A stretch of DNA of 64,000 bases from Terriglobia bacterium (GTDB lineage Bacteria; Acidobacteriota; Polarisedimenticolia; Polarisedimenticolales; JAIQFR01). Both the position numbers and the translations under genes were made by a program. Location: contig CAVVHE010000004.1 of assembly GCA_963748015.1 (NCBI GenBank), forward strand, positions 704,001 to 768,000, given 5' to 3'. Shown one piece after another: positions 10,793-21,430 of the stretch. The notes under the pieces are model-generated. The model worked only from the letters and a program-made list of their open reading frames with translations, did no database searches and had not been told where the DNA came from. The stretch's first letter is position 1. Every line of letters starts with the position of its first letter.

Positions 10793-11806
10793 GTGCGGGT
10801 CATCGAGCGATTCGGCGAGGCGGGAACGCTGCCGCCAGGCTGGGACGCCGCGGCCGGCTCCTGGTTCCGGCAGCGCGAGTTCCTGGCCCACGCCGAGCGT
10901 TGGAACCCTTGCCGGCAGCGCTATTACCTGCTGCGGAACGGCGAAGCGGTCCGGGCCGGCGCCATCGTCTACTCGCTCAGGCTCGACCTCCTCACCTTCC
11001 TTCGCATCCCGAGCCCCGTCACCATGCACGTGGTCGGCATCCCGGTCGGCATCGCCACGCCGGGTTACTTCGGCGCGGCGGCGGACCGGACGGAGCTGCT
11101 GCGCCACGTGGCGGCGGGGGAGCGCGGCCTGCTCCTGGTGCTCAACGCCGGCGCCGGGGACGACCTCCCCATCGGAGTTCGATGCCGGATGATCCCCACC
11201 GTCATGCTCGACCTCCGCTTCCGGGATTGGGCGGCCTACGAGCGGGCCCTGCGCGCGCCTTACCGGCGGCGGCTCCGGATGGTGCTGCAGCTGGCCGGCC
11301 GGCTCGAGGCGGTCACCACGCGGTGCGATCGCTTCACCGAGGCGCATCAGGCCCTGTACCGGCAGGTCCACGACCGCGCGGCGGCCAAGCTGGAGACGCT
11401 GACCCTCGACTTCTTCCGGCACCTCCCGGAGCGGTTCGCCCTCACGAGTTACACTGATGGAGGGCGGCTCGTGTCCTGGACCATCACCGTCCCCGACGGC
11501 GACCTCTTCATGTACTTCTTCGGCGGCATGGACTACGCGGTGCTCCGCGCCACGCAGGCCTACCTGGTCGGCCTGGCGGGGATCGTCCGGCAGGGCATAG
11601 AGCGTGGCCTCCCCCGGCTCGATCTGGGGCAGACCGCCGACGACCCCAAGCTGCGCTTCGGCGGAACGCTGGTGAGGAAGGACATGTACGTCTGCCACCG
11701 GCGCGCCGGGCTGCAGGTGCTCCTGCGCTGGCTGCGCCCCGTGCTCGAGTACCGCGGGCGGGCTCCGGCCTTCCACGTCTTCCGCTCGGAGGGAGGCGCC
11801 GAGTGA
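10793..11806 (+). CDS. GNAT/FemAB-like acyltransferase-fold protein
   Basis: YERAL..YRRRLR, LETL..DFF, FFGGMDY, LDLGQT..PKLRFGG. GTG start inferred; GTGA overlap with the next gene. Confidence 0.75.
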   Translation: MRVIERFGEAGTLPPGWDAAAGSWFRQREFLAHAERWNPCRQRYYLLRNGEAVRAGAIVYSLRLDLLTFLRIPSPVTMHVVGIPVGIATPGYFGAAADRTELLRHVAAGERGLLLVLNAGAGDDLPIGVRCRMIPTVMLDLRFRDWAAYERALRAPYRRRLRMVLQLAGRLEAVTTRCDRFTEAHQALYRQVHDRAAAKLETLTLDFFRHLPERFALTSYTDGGRLVSWTITVPDGDLFMYFFGGMDYAVLRATQAYLVGLAGIVRQGIERGLPRLDLGQTADDPKLRFGGTLVRKDMYVCHRRAGLQVLLRWLRPVLEYRGRAPAFHVFRSEGGAE

Positions 11807-13170
11807 AGGTGCTCCTGGTCCGCCCCCGGCAACCGGACGACACGATCGGGCTGCAGCACCTCATGGTGGTGGAGCCGCTCGAGCTCGAGGTCATCGGCGC
11901 GCTCGTCGCGCCTCCCGACGAGGTGGCGGTCGTCGACCTCATCCTCGAGGACGAGCCGCTCGAAGTTTTCCTGGCCCGCGAGCGGCCCGACGTGGTGGGA
12001 CTGACCGGCTACATCACCAGCGTGGGCGTGGTGCACGAGCTGGCGGCGCGTGTGAAGCGCTGGTCGCCGCGCGCCGTCACCGTGGTGGGGGGGCCGCACG
12101 CCGAGGTGTGCCCCGGGGACTTCGACGGCCCGGCCGTCGACTTCCGCGTGGTCCGCAACGCCACCACCGAGTTCCCGCGGCTGCTGGCGCACCTCAAGGG
12201 GCTCGGGCCGCTTCCGGAGGGCGTCCTGGTGCGTGGGCAGCCGCTCGACGACGCGCGCCTTCCTCCCTTCGATTTCACCTATCCGACTCCGCGGCGCGAC
12301 CTGACGGCTCGCTACCGCGACCGCTACTTCTACCTGTATCAGGACCGAGTGGCGCTGGTGAAGACGTCGTTCGGCTGTCCCTTCACCTGCCGATTCTGCT
12401 TCTGCCGCGTGATGACGCGCGACCATTACGAGGTCCGGCCTCTCCCCGAGGTGCTCGACGAGATCGAATCGCTCCGCGAGGAGGAAGTCTACGTCGTGGA
12501 CGACGACTTCCTGGTGTCGCGGGAGCGCGTGCTGGCCTTCGTCGAGGGGCTCGAGCGGCGCGGCATCAGGAAGCGCTTCCAGGTCTACGGGCGGTCGGAC
12601 TTCATCGCCGCGAACGCGGACGTCATCGCGCGCTTCCGCACGGCCGGCCTGAGCGTCGTGATCGTGGGGATCGAGTCGTTCGACGACGAGGAGCTGGAGC
12701 GGTACGGCAAGCGCGCGGAGGCCGAGGCCAACGTCCGCGCGCTGCGGCTGCTGGAGGCGGAGGGGATCGACGTCTACGCGACCATCATTCTCTCGCCCGA
12801 GTGGGATCGCGCCGACTTCGCCCGGCTGGACCGCCTGATGTCGGAGCTGCGCATCCGCTTCGCCAACCTGCAGCCGCTCACCCCTTTGCCGGGGATCGAG
12901 TACCAGGTGGACGACGCGCGGCTCGTCGAGAGGCGCGACGACTGGGCGAAGTGGGACCTGGCCCACGTCACGGTGCGGCCCACCCGGGTCGGGGTGGGGG
13001 AGTTCTACGCGGAGACGATGAGGCTCTACCGCCGGATGATCTGGCGGCCGCGCAACCTGTGGAGGAACCGGAGGTACCCGCTCCACATGCAGTGGCGGAT
13101 CCTTCGCGGGCTGGCGCGCGTGGGGCGCCAGTACCGCCGGGCGCGGCGGGACGCCCTCGGCCGTGCCTGA
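11803..13170 (+). CDS. B12-binding domain radical SAM protein
   Basis: EPLELE, VVGGPHA, SFGCPFTCRFC, VDDDF, GIES, TPLPG. Confidence 0.92.
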   Translation: MKVLLVRPRQPDDTIGLQHLMVVEPLELEVIGALVAPPDEVAVVDLILEDEPLEVFLARERPDVVGLTGYITSVGVVHELAARVKRWSPRAVTVVGGPHAEVCPGDFDGPAVDFRVVRNATTEFPRLLAHLKGLGPLPEGVLVRGQPLDDARLPPFDFTYPTPRRDLTARYRDRYFYLYQDRVALVKTSFGCPFTCRFCFCRVMTRDHYEVRPLPEVLDEIESLREEEVYVVDDDFLVSRERVLAFVEGLERRGIRKRFQVYGRSDFIAANADVIARFRTAGLSVVIVGIESFDDEELERYGKRAEAEANVRALRLLEAEGIDVYATIILSPEWDRADFARLDRLMSELRIRFANLQPLTPLPGIEYQVDDARLVERRDDWAKWDLAHVTVRPTRVGVGEFYAETMRLYRRMIWRPRNLWRNRRYPLHMQWRILRGLARVGRQYRRARRDALGRA

Positions 13171-14488
13171 GCTCCTGCTCGTCCAGCCCACGCAGTACAG
13201 CGCCGACGGGCGGACGCTGGTCAAGCAGCGCCGTCTGCACCTGCCGGGACTCGCGTTGCCGCTCCTGGCGGCGACGGTGCCGGACCACTGGAACGTCCGC
13301 CTCGCGCTCGAGGTGATCGACCCGATCGACTTCGACGCGCCCGTGGACCTCGTCGGCATCGGGGGGATGGGGCACGCGCTCTTCCGCGGCATGGAGATCG
13401 CCCGGGAGTTCCGGCGGCGCGGAAAGCGCGTCTTCTTCGGCGGGATGATGGCGTCGCTCGTCCCGGACCTCGTCCTCGAGAGCGCCGAGTCGGTGGTGGT
13501 GGGGGACGGGGAGCGGGCGCTGCCGCGGCTCCTGGCCGACTTCGAGGCCGGGCGCCCGCTGCAGCGCACCTACAGCGAGCCGCTGGAGTCGCTGGCCGGT
13601 CTCCCGGTGCCCCGCTACGACTTGCTGGCCGCAAAGCGGATCGGGGGCATGCTGCCGGTCCAGGCGGGACGCGGGTGCACCCACGATTGCAGCTTCTGCT
13701 CGATCGCCGCGGTCTACCGACAGAGGTACCTGTCGCGCCCGGTGGCCGACGTGGTTCGGGACGTGGAGGCGGTCCGCGCGCTCGGCTATCGCCGCTTCCT
13801 CCTGATCGACGACAACATCGTCAGCGACCCGTCCTACTTCCTCGAGCTGTGCGAGGCGCTGCGACCGCTCCGGATGACCTGGGCCAGCCAGTGCTCGATC
13901 TCGATCGCCCGGAGCGACGGGCTCCTGGCCGCAGCGCGCCAGGCGGGCTGCCGAATCCTCTCGTTCGGTATCGAGACCATCCGGCAACACGGCCTCGAGT
14001 CGGTCGGCAAGCCGTGGGTCCGCGCCGAGGAGCACGGGCCGCTGCTGCGCAAGGTGGCCCGGGCCGGCATCCTGCCGAGCACCGAGATGATGTTCGGCCT
14101 CGATGGCGACACGGCCCAATCGATGGAGGAGACTCTGGCGTTCGTGGAGCGGGAGCGGCTGCCGATACCGCGGTTCTACGTGATGACCCCGATCCCGGGC
14201 ACGCCGCTCTTCGACGAGCTGCGGCGCGACGGGCGGCTCCTCCACGAGGACTTCTCGCGCTACACCGGCTACCAGTGCGTGCACCAGCCGCTCAACCTGT
14301 CGAGCGGGGAGGTGGACCGGCGCTACGACGAGCTCAACCGCCGGGTCTACTCGCCCGGATCGATCCTCCGTCGGACGCTCCTGAACCCCGACCTGTGGCG
14401 CAACCCCGGCGCGTACCTTCTCGCGTTCTTCGTCAACCTCCGCTACCTGCAGCACGTGCGGCGCAATGACATCCCCCTCGTCTACTGA
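13163..14488 (+). CDS. B12-binding domain radical SAM protein
   Basis: GLALPLLAA, GRGCTHDCSFC, IDDN, FGLDGD, TPIPGTP. Confidence 0.92.
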   Translation: MPELLLVQPTQYSADGRTLVKQRRLHLPGLALPLLAATVPDHWNVRLALEVIDPIDFDAPVDLVGIGGMGHALFRGMEIAREFRRRGKRVFFGGMMASLVPDLVLESAESVVVGDGERALPRLLADFEAGRPLQRTYSEPLESLAGLPVPRYDLLAAKRIGGMLPVQAGRGCTHDCSFCSIAAVYRQRYLSRPVADVVRDVEAVRALGYRRFLLIDDNIVSDPSYFLELCEALRPLRMTWASQCSISIARSDGLLAAARQAGCRILSFGIETIRQHGLESVGKPWVRAEEHGPLLRKVARAGILPSTEMMFGLDGDTAQSMEETLAFVERERLPIPRFYVMTPIPGTPLFDELRRDGRLLHEDFSRYTGYQCVHQPLNLSSGEVDRRYDELNRRVYSPGSILRRTLLNPDLWRNPGAYLLAFFVNLRYLQHVRRNDIPLVY

Positions 14489-15614
14489 CCCCGGCGGGGC
14501 CGGCGTGACGCTCGTCCCCGTGGAGGGCCGGAGGCTTCGAAGGGCCTTCATCGACCTGCCGCACCGGCTCTACGTAGGCTTCCCGGCCTACGTGCCGCGG
14601 CTCTTCGTGCAGCAGGCCTGGCAGCACTCCGAGAAGAACCCGTGGTTCCGGCACTCCACGGCCGCGTCGTGGCTCGCGCTGCGCGACGGCAGGCCCGTCG
14701 GGCGCGTCACCTGGTTCCTCAACCGGAGCCACGTGGCGCACTCCGGACGGCGGGAGGCGTTCTTCGGCTTCCTCGACGCCGGCGACGACGCCGGGGTGGT
14801 GGCGGCGCTGCTCGGCGCCGTCGAGGCGAGATCGCGGGAATCCGGCTGCACGGCGGTGCTCGGCCCCATCGAGTTCTCGACCAACGACACCTGCGGCCTG
14901 CTCGTCGACGGATTCGAGCACCCGCCCGCTATCCTCATGCCTTGGAACCCACCCTGGCTCCCGCCCCTGGTGGAGGGGTGCGGCTATGCCCCGGTCATGT
15001 CGCTCGAGGCCTGGGAGATCGGCGGCCGGCCCGCCGTGGTGGACGAGGCGGCCGGGCGGATGCGTGCGCGTCTCGCGTCGCGCGGCATCACCGTCCGCCC
15101 CGTCGACCTCGGGCACTTCGACGAGGAGGTCGACCGGCTCTTCCCTCTCTACCAGGCGATTTACCGGGAGAACTGGGGCTTCATGCCGCTGACGCGCGAG
15201 GAGTTCCGGGAGCAGGCGAAGGACCTGAGGCGGGCGACTCACCCCGAGCTGGCAGTCATCGCCGAGGACCGGGGGCAACCCATCGGCTACGGCGTCGGGA
15301 TCTTCGACGCCAGCCGCGTGTTCCGCGACTTCCGTCGGGGCCGGCTCCTCCCGTTCAACCTCTTCAAGCTTCCCCGGATCAAGCGCGTCGGGCGAATTCG
15401 GATCCTCAACCTCGGCGTCGTTCCGCGCTACCGGCGCATGGGGATCGAGCTCCTCATGTACGCGCACTTCGCGGATGTCGGAGCCCGGCGCGGCATCACC
15501 ACCGCCGAGGCCTCCTACGTCATGGGCGACAACCGGATGATGCAGCGGGCCCTGGAGCGGCTGGGGGCGAGCGTCAGCAAGCGTTACGCGATCTACCGGC
15601 GCGAGCTGGGATAG
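14466..15614 (+). CDS. Tandem GNAT protein, YghO / bacterial ceramide synthase-like
   Basis: NPWFRH..LALRDGRPVGR, FFGFLDAGDD, GPIEFSTND.CGLLVDGFEHPP..MPWNPP, ENWGFMP, LGVVPRYRRMG. Confidence 0.78.
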   Translation: MTSPSSTDPGGAGVTLVPVEGRRLRRAFIDLPHRLYVGFPAYVPRLFVQQAWQHSEKNPWFRHSTAASWLALRDGRPVGRVTWFLNRSHVAHSGRREAFFGFLDAGDDAGVVAALLGAVEARSRESGCTAVLGPIEFSTNDTCGLLVDGFEHPPAILMPWNPPWLPPLVEGCGYAPVMSLEAWEIGGRPAVVDEAAGRMRARLASRGITVRPVDLGHFDEEVDRLFPLYQAIYRENWGFMPLTREEFREQAKDLRRATHPELAVIAEDRGQPIGYGVGIFDASRVFRDFRRGRLLPFNLFKLPRIKRVGRIRILNLGVVPRYRRMGIELLMYAHFADVGARRGITTAEASYVMGDNRMMQRALERLGASVSKRYAIYRRELG

Positions 15615-15633
15615 TCGAGCCCCGGGGCGCGGG

Positions 15634-16044
15634 TCAGGGTTCCGAGACCGGCACCGTCCCGTCGAGGATCGAGACCTTGAGCAGGCTGTCCCCGACGCGG
15701 ATCTCGTCCTCGTGGTGGAACTTCCTCCTGTCGATGCGGACGCCGTTCAGAAAGGTGCCGTTCGTGCTTGCGAGGTCCACGAGGTAGTAGTGCTCGGGGC
15801 CGAAGATCTTGATCTCGGCGTGACGTTCCGAGACCTTGGGGTCGCGGAGGATGAGGTCCGCCTTGGCGCGGCCGACGAGGAACGAGCCGCCCGACGACAC
15901 GTCGAACACCTTGCCGGTTTCAGGACCGGCAAGGACCCGGAAGTAGATGCGCGTGTCCGCCGCCACGATCCCCGACTTGAGCCGCGGAGCGTGAAGGTCC
16001 GGGTCGACGACGGTCCCTTCCAGCGGTTCGTCGTTCTGTCTCAA
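15634..16044 (-). CDS. FHA domain protein
   Basis: GR..D..L.DPKVSERHA and DLASTNGTFLNG FHA motifs; TTG start overlaps the kinase stop (TTGA), with GGAGG upstream. Confidence 0.9.
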   Translation of the reverse strand: MRQNDEPLEGTVVDPDLHAPRLKSGIVAADTRIYFRVLAGPETGKVFDVSSGGSFLVGRAKADLILRDPKVSERHAEIKIFGPEHYYLVDLASTNGTFLNGVRIDRRKFHHEDEIRVGDSLLKVSILDGTVPVSEP

Positions 16045-17807
16045 GATCCCTCCCTTGCGGCGGAGCGGCGCCAATCGACGTCGAGCTTCGGCCGCGGCCA
16101 CGATCGCACCGAAACATCCAGGGTGTAGCGTTCTCCGGAGACGACCTCCACGGCGAGCTTCTGGACGAGGTTGACTTTTCCGTCGCCGCTCGCGATGCCC
16201 ACCGAGAGCGCGTGAGAGCCGGGCGGAAGCCGCAAGGAGCCGTCCTCGGTCTCGCGGCCGTACGACACGAGGCTCCTTCCGGCGATGGCCAGCTTCTTCT
16301 TGCGCGTTTCCAGGGCCAGGCTCTCGACGGCGTTGCCGTCGGACCACACCGTCAGCTGTCCGGCCTCCAGGCCGTGCGTGACGCGCATGGCGACGTTCTC
16401 GCGCAGCACCGTCTCGCGAAAGAACGAGCTCACCCGAGCGGCGGGGTCCGGAGAGACGTCGGCGTCGCTCGACCGCCTCGTCGTCAGGAAGACGGTTGCT
16501 CCGAGCAGGCCGCAGGCGGCGAGCACGACGGCCGCGACGACACGGGGCCTTGCGCGCCACTCCTCGCCCGTCCCCCGTGCCAACCCGCGGCAGGCTGCGA
16601 CGAGCACGACACCGGCCCGCCTGGCGGCCGCGGCGACCTGAGGGGCTCGCGCCGCCCAGGCCCTCGCTGCCTGCGTGCCGGCTCGTCTCGAGCCATCCGC
16701 GACGGCGGCCGCGGCCCGAACGACGCCCACGGCGGCGGCGGAGCCGAGCGCTGCGGCTCGCTGCTCGATCGCCTCGGCGCGCTCGGGGTCCGGCGCGGAG
16801 GGAGCGGGGGAGGCGCCGTCCACGAGGGTGCGCTCCGCCTCCGCCGTCGCGGCGGCCGGACTTCCATTTCGGCCGTTCTCCCGGGCCAGGCTCGCGGCGG
16901 CGCGAAGCTCGCCGGCGAGCTCGGATCCGAACCGATGGCGCCGCGCCGGGTCCTTGGCCAGTGCCTTCAGCACCACGGCCTGGATCGCCGGGGGAAGGTC
17001 CGGGCGCCAACGGTTGGGAGGGGTCGGCTCCAGGTGACAGATCGAGTAGGCGAGGGAAGCGAGATCGTTCCCCTCGAAGGGCCGCGAGCCGGTCAGGAGC
17101 GTGTATGCCACCGCGCCGAGCGAGAAGAGGTCGGTCCTGCCGTCCACCGGGAGGCCGCGAATCTGCTCGGGGGCGGCGTAGGCCGGGGAGCCGAGGAACG
17201 CGCCCTCGCGCGTGAGATCGGAGTCGGCGAGCCGCGCGATGCCGAAGTCCGCGAGCCGGGCGCGGCCTTCCCGGTCCACCAGGATGTTCGCGGGCTTCAC
17301 GTCTCGGTGGACGATCCCCTGGCGGTGCGCGTGGTCGAGGGCGTCGGCGACCTGCGCGGCCCAGTCCAGCACGCGCGCCGGTTCGGGGCGTACCCCGCGC
17401 TTCAGGTACTCGTCCAGGCTCCTGCCCTCGACGTACTCCATCACGATGAAGGGTCGACCGTCGTCCGCCTGGCCGGCGTCGTGGATCGCGACGATTCCGG
17501 GATGGGCGAGCCGTCCCGCGGCGCGGGCCTCGAGGAGGAAGCGCCGCTCCCACTCCTCACGCCGGGCACTATCGAGACCGTCGGGGCACCGGAGGAGCTT
17601 GACCGCCACGACCCGGCCGATCGTCGGGTCGCTCGCCTTCCAGACCTCGCCCATCGTGCCGGCGCCGATCCTCTCCAAGAGCGCGTAACGCCCGACCTGA
17701 GGGCGCGGGCTTACGGGTGGCAATGCTCGAGGATCGGCATCCGGTCCGACCCCCGAAACGGGCTCGGATCCGACGGATTTCGCCTCCGTGACGTTCACCG
17801 ACACCAT
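16041..17807 (-). CDS. Hanks-type Ser/Thr protein kinase with transmembrane segment
   Basis: GAGTMGEV, VAVK, HRDVKPANI, DFG, APE, DLFSLG; TM helix followed by an extracytoplasmic C-terminus. Confidence 0.95.
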   Translation of the reverse strand: MVSVNVTEAKSVGSEPVSGVGPDADPRALPPVSPRPQVGRYALLERIGAGTMGEVWKASDPTIGRVVAVKLLRCPDGLDSARREEWERRFLLEARAAGRLAHPGIVAIHDAGQADDGRPFIVMEYVEGRSLDEYLKRGVRPEPARVLDWAAQVADALDHAHRQGIVHRDVKPANILVDREGRARLADFGIARLADSDLTREGAFLGSPAYAAPEQIRGLPVDGRTDLFSLGAVAYTLLTGSRPFEGNDLASLAYSICHLEPTPPNRWRPDLPPAIQAVVLKALAKDPARRHRFGSELAGELRAAASLARENGRNGSPAAATAEAERTLVDGASPAPSAPDPERAEAIEQRAAALGSAAAVGVVRAAAAVADGSRRAGTQAARAWAARAPQVAAAARRAGVVLVAACRGLARGTGEEWRARPRVVAAVVLAACGLLGATVFLTTRRSSDADVSPDPAARVSSFFRETVLRENVAMRVTHGLEAGQLTVWSDGNAVESLALETRKKKLAIAGRSLVSYGRETEDGSLRLPPGSHALSVGIASGDGKVNLVQKLAVEVVSGERYTLDVSVRSWPRPKLDVDWRRSAAREGS

Positions 17808-17890
17808 TCCCTCTCGGTACGGGTCCCGAGAGGAAATCTAGGCCTGTCAAAGTGGCGGTCAAGGAAGGCGGACCGACGTGGCCGGGTCCG

Positions 17891-18934
17891 TCAGAAAGCG
17901 ACCTTCGTTTGGCCCGCGTCCACGGCCTTCAGGAATTTCAGGAGGCCGGGAAAGTAGGTCTCCTGATCGTCCCACATGTCGAGGTGGCTTCCGTTCGGGC
18001 AGAGCAGGAAGCTGCCGTTCTGCACCTCGCCGGCGACCCACTTCATGTGGGCCGGGTCCATGGTGTCGTGGGTCGCCCCGATGACGAGGGTGGGCATCGC
18101 GAGCTTCTTCAGGTCCGCCTTGCGGTCCCACTTCTCGAGGCGCCCGGAGGCGCCGAACTCGCTGGGACCCTGCATGAGGACGTAGATGTCCCTGTTGAGC
18201 TTCGCGAACGAGCGGTTCACCGCATCGGGCCATTCCGGCAGGCGGCAGATGTGCTGGGCGTAATAGTTGGGGCCGAGGAGCTCCATGTAGCGCGGACTCT
18301 CGAAGTCGCCCTTGGCCTCGAGGTCCCGGATCTCCTTCAGCGCCGCCGGGTCCATCTGCTTCGCCAAGACTTCGTCGGCGTACTTCACGTAGTCCGGGAT
18401 GCTCATCATCATGTTGGAGATGATCAGACCCTTGAGGTTCTGGCCGTGCTTGAGGGCGTACTCGACGGCGAGGATGCCGCCCCACGAGCTGCCGAGGAGA
18501 TAGAAGTTGTCCTTGTCGAGGCCGAGGGCCTGGCGCACCTGCTCGACTTCGTCGACGAAGCGCTCCACGGTCCAGAGATCCGGGTCCTTGGGCTGGTCGG
18601 AGTAGGCCGAGCCGAGCTGGTCGTAGTAGATGAACTCGATCCCTTCCGCGGGAAAAAAGCTCTCGAAGGACTCGAAGTACTCGTGCGTCGCTCCGGGACC
18701 GCCGTGGAGAAGCAGCACCTTGATGCGCGGATTGCTGCCGAAGCGCTTGGTCCACACCTTGAAGTTGCCCTTGGAGGTGGTGACGGGGATCATGCGAACC
18801 CCTCCGGCCTGCACGCCGGGTGAGCCGGGGGCGAAGTAGGACTTCAGAGTCGGGCCGGGGTTGGCGGCCTTCTGACAACCGGCGAGGGCTAGAAGGGCCA
18901 CTACCGGAAGGACGAGAGGCGAGCGTAGTCTCAT
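17891..18934 (-). CDS. Proline iminopeptidase family alpha/beta hydrolase, lipoprotein
   Basis: HGGPG, YDQLG, GSSWGG nucleophile, NGSH; LAGC lipobox; GGAGG RBS. Confidence 0.9.
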   Translation of the reverse strand: MRLRSPLVLPVVALLALAGCQKAANPGPTLKSYFAPGSPGVQAGGVRMIPVTTSKGNFKVWTKRFGSNPRIKVLLLHGGPGATHEYFESFESFFPAEGIEFIYYDQLGSAYSDQPKDPDLWTVERFVDEVEQVRQALGLDKDNFYLLGSSWGGILAVEYALKHGQNLKGLIISNMMMSIPDYVKYADEVLAKQMDPAALKEIRDLEAKGDFESPRYMELLGPNYYAQHICRLPEWPDAVNRSFAKLNRDIYVLMQGPSEFGASGRLEKWDRKADLKKLAMPTLVIGATHDTMDPAHMKWVAGEVQNGSFLLCPNGSHLDMWDDQETYFPGLLKFLKAVDAGQTKVAF

Positions 18935-19099
18935 GGGACCTCCTCGATCCGGGGAAGCATAGCGCCAATTCGCAAGGGCGGGCGCCGCGCCGGGGCAGCC
19001 GCCTTGGCGCCGCGACGATAGCGCCCGTCCCCCTCGCCCGAGCGCGACGGGCACTTCAACGAGGCCTCGGAGGACCTCGCCGGCCGCCGCTTCGCAGCG

Positions 19100-21359
19100 C
19101 TACCCCTGCACCGCGTACGACACCTTCAGGAACCACGAGTGGCCCGCGTCGACCAGGCTTCCTTCCGGCGCGAGCGCCCACTCGTCCCCGTACCCGAGGA
19201 ACAGGACCGACTGCCAGTTCAGCTTGTAGGAGAAGAGCGCGCTGGCGGCGAAGCCTCCGTCCTTCTCGCTGACGGGGAAGACGTAGAGCGCCGGATCGCG
19301 CTGCGTTTGCTCCCACTGCCCGATCAGACGGAGAAAGCAGCGGGCGCTGAACGTGTAGACGGCCTTGATCCGCTCCACGTGCGCGGTGAAGAGGCGCTGC
19401 TTGGGACCTCCGCCGTCCGGGCTCACGTCGAGCCAGCGCCGCTCGCCGTCGAGGCGAAGAGCAACATGGTCGCCGGGGCGCATCGTCGCGCCGAGGACGA
19501 AGCTGGCGCCGGTCCCCGGTCTCTCGTTCTCGAAGTCCAGCTCCTCGCCCACGATGCCCTCGAGTCCGGCGTCGGAGAACACCTGCGAGGGGTTCGCGCG
19601 GAGCTGGAAACGGAATTGCCGCCGCGGGTAGTCCTCGCTCCCGGCCTTCATCCGGTCGAGGTAGAGCCAGAACCGGCCGAACGAGTTCCACTTCCCGTCC
19701 ATTCCGAAACCGCCGGCGACGAGCCTCCTCAGCAGGACCCGGTCCTGGTCCTCGATGTAGTCGACCATGGCGAACGAGCGAAGACGCGACAGGAAGCCGG
19801 TCGGGTGCCAGGTGTGCCCGGTCTCCACGTATCCCTCGCGGAATCCCACCTGCGGGACGAAGCCGCAGTCCGCCCGGAAGCCGTCGCCGAAGATCTTCGT
19901 CTGCGCAGCGAAGTCGAAGCTGCGCGTGGTGTGCGACCACCAGACATCGATGCCCGTCCCGGAGAGCTTCGTGCCGTCCCATGCCGCCGAGAGGTCGGGC
20001 CGGACGGGCGTCTCGGTGAGACTGAACAGGAGCTGGCCCGAGACGACGTCGGCACCGTTCGGACGCCACTGGAAGTCGGGGCCGGCCACCCGGTTGTAGC
20101 CGCCGCCGCGGATCTCGCGGTCGGTCGCGAGGAAACTCAGGTACGAGCCGCCGATGTCTCTCCGGAGCCGCGCCAGGGCGACGTTCGAGACGAAGTCCTG
20201 GGGGGCGAAGGAGGAGTACTCCGGGCCCGGCAGGATGACGCTTCCGCCTCCACGGTCCTCCACGGCGAGGGCGGTGTAGGCGGTGTTGCCGTACTTGCCT
20301 GTCGCGCGCAGACCCCAGCGGGGAGAAGTGAGGGTGCGGGTATAGACCGCCTGGATCTGTGTCGAGAACAGCTCCGTCCCCTCGAGGAAGAAAGGCCGCT
20401 TCTCCGGATAGAAGATCGCGAAGCGCTCGTTCGCCGAGATTCTCGCGACGTCCGACTCCACCTGCGAGAAGTCGGGGTTCAGCGTCATGTCCATGGCGTG
20501 GTCGGGGTTCGGGATCCACTTTGCGTCGAGTCCCGCTGTCCCGTCCACGCCGCGGGTGTCGAGCGGGGCCCCCGGCGGCCCGGTCGGGACCGATTCCTGC
20601 TTCGCGGAAACGTAAGGCGCCACGACGAAATGGTCCCCCGACGGCAGCCCGTCGAGGCCCGTGAGCGGATGCTCGTGGCAGATGAAGCAGCTGCTGCCGC
20701 GGGGCAGGGGAGTCGAGAAGATCTGGTAGCGGTTGTCTCTCGGGTAGTTCCGGTAAAGGAGGATTCCCCAGGATCGCGGCCCGTTCCCGTCGTAGCGGAG
20801 GGTAGAGAACGGAACGCGGATCTCGAGGACCCAGCCGCTCTTCGTGATCCTGGCCGAGGAGTCCCAGTAGAAGTCGGGAGACGAGCTCTCGCCCCCGGTG
20901 GAGTCGTCCTGCACGGCGTCGTACTGGATGCCGCGGGGGGTCGCCAGGAAGAGGGTGGCGGTCCGCCCGTCGCTGCGGGTGTCGAGCAGGATGCCTCCGT
21001 AGTCGATGCTCTCCGTGATGTCGTCCCGATCGGAATACGGCGCCCGGATGCTCGAGGGGTCCGGGTCGGAGAACTCGAACCCCGCGTAGAAGTACGCGTC
21101 GTCGTAGGCGAGATACGCGACCGACGCGACCCTCGGAGGCACGTTCTCGCCGGGGCGCGTCTCGTACCAGGTGTCGACGCGGGTCGCATCCTTCCAGCCC
21201 GCGTCGGAGAGGTCCCCGTCGACGGTGATGGTCCCCACGGCCCGAGTGGACGCGAATCTCGTCGCCGCGTTGGGGCGCCTCGGCAACCGTGGGGGAAAAC
21301 GAACCGGCCAGTGCGCACGCCAGCGCGAAAAGCAGGGCGGTCCGGCCTAGCCGAGTCAC
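19100..21359 (-). CDS. CBM9-like / DUF5916 outer-membrane protein (frameshift near 21248)
   Basis: VDGDLSD..W, AYD...Y, WxxEIRVPF, TLNPDFSQVESD, YPEKRPFFLEG, C-terminal FLKVSY. The signal peptide is in another frame and joins if one C is removed. Confidence 0.8.
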
Positions 21360-21430
21360 GCTCCGTAATACGATCCCGAGCGCCCCAGGTTGCGAGGCGC
21401 TTGCGCGCGGGGTCGTCGCAGGGATCGCCT

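Noticed and set aside
15634..17553. 639-aa ORF ending in an FHA domain
   Set aside because: Only the last 136 codons are real. The rest overlaps the kinase in another frame.
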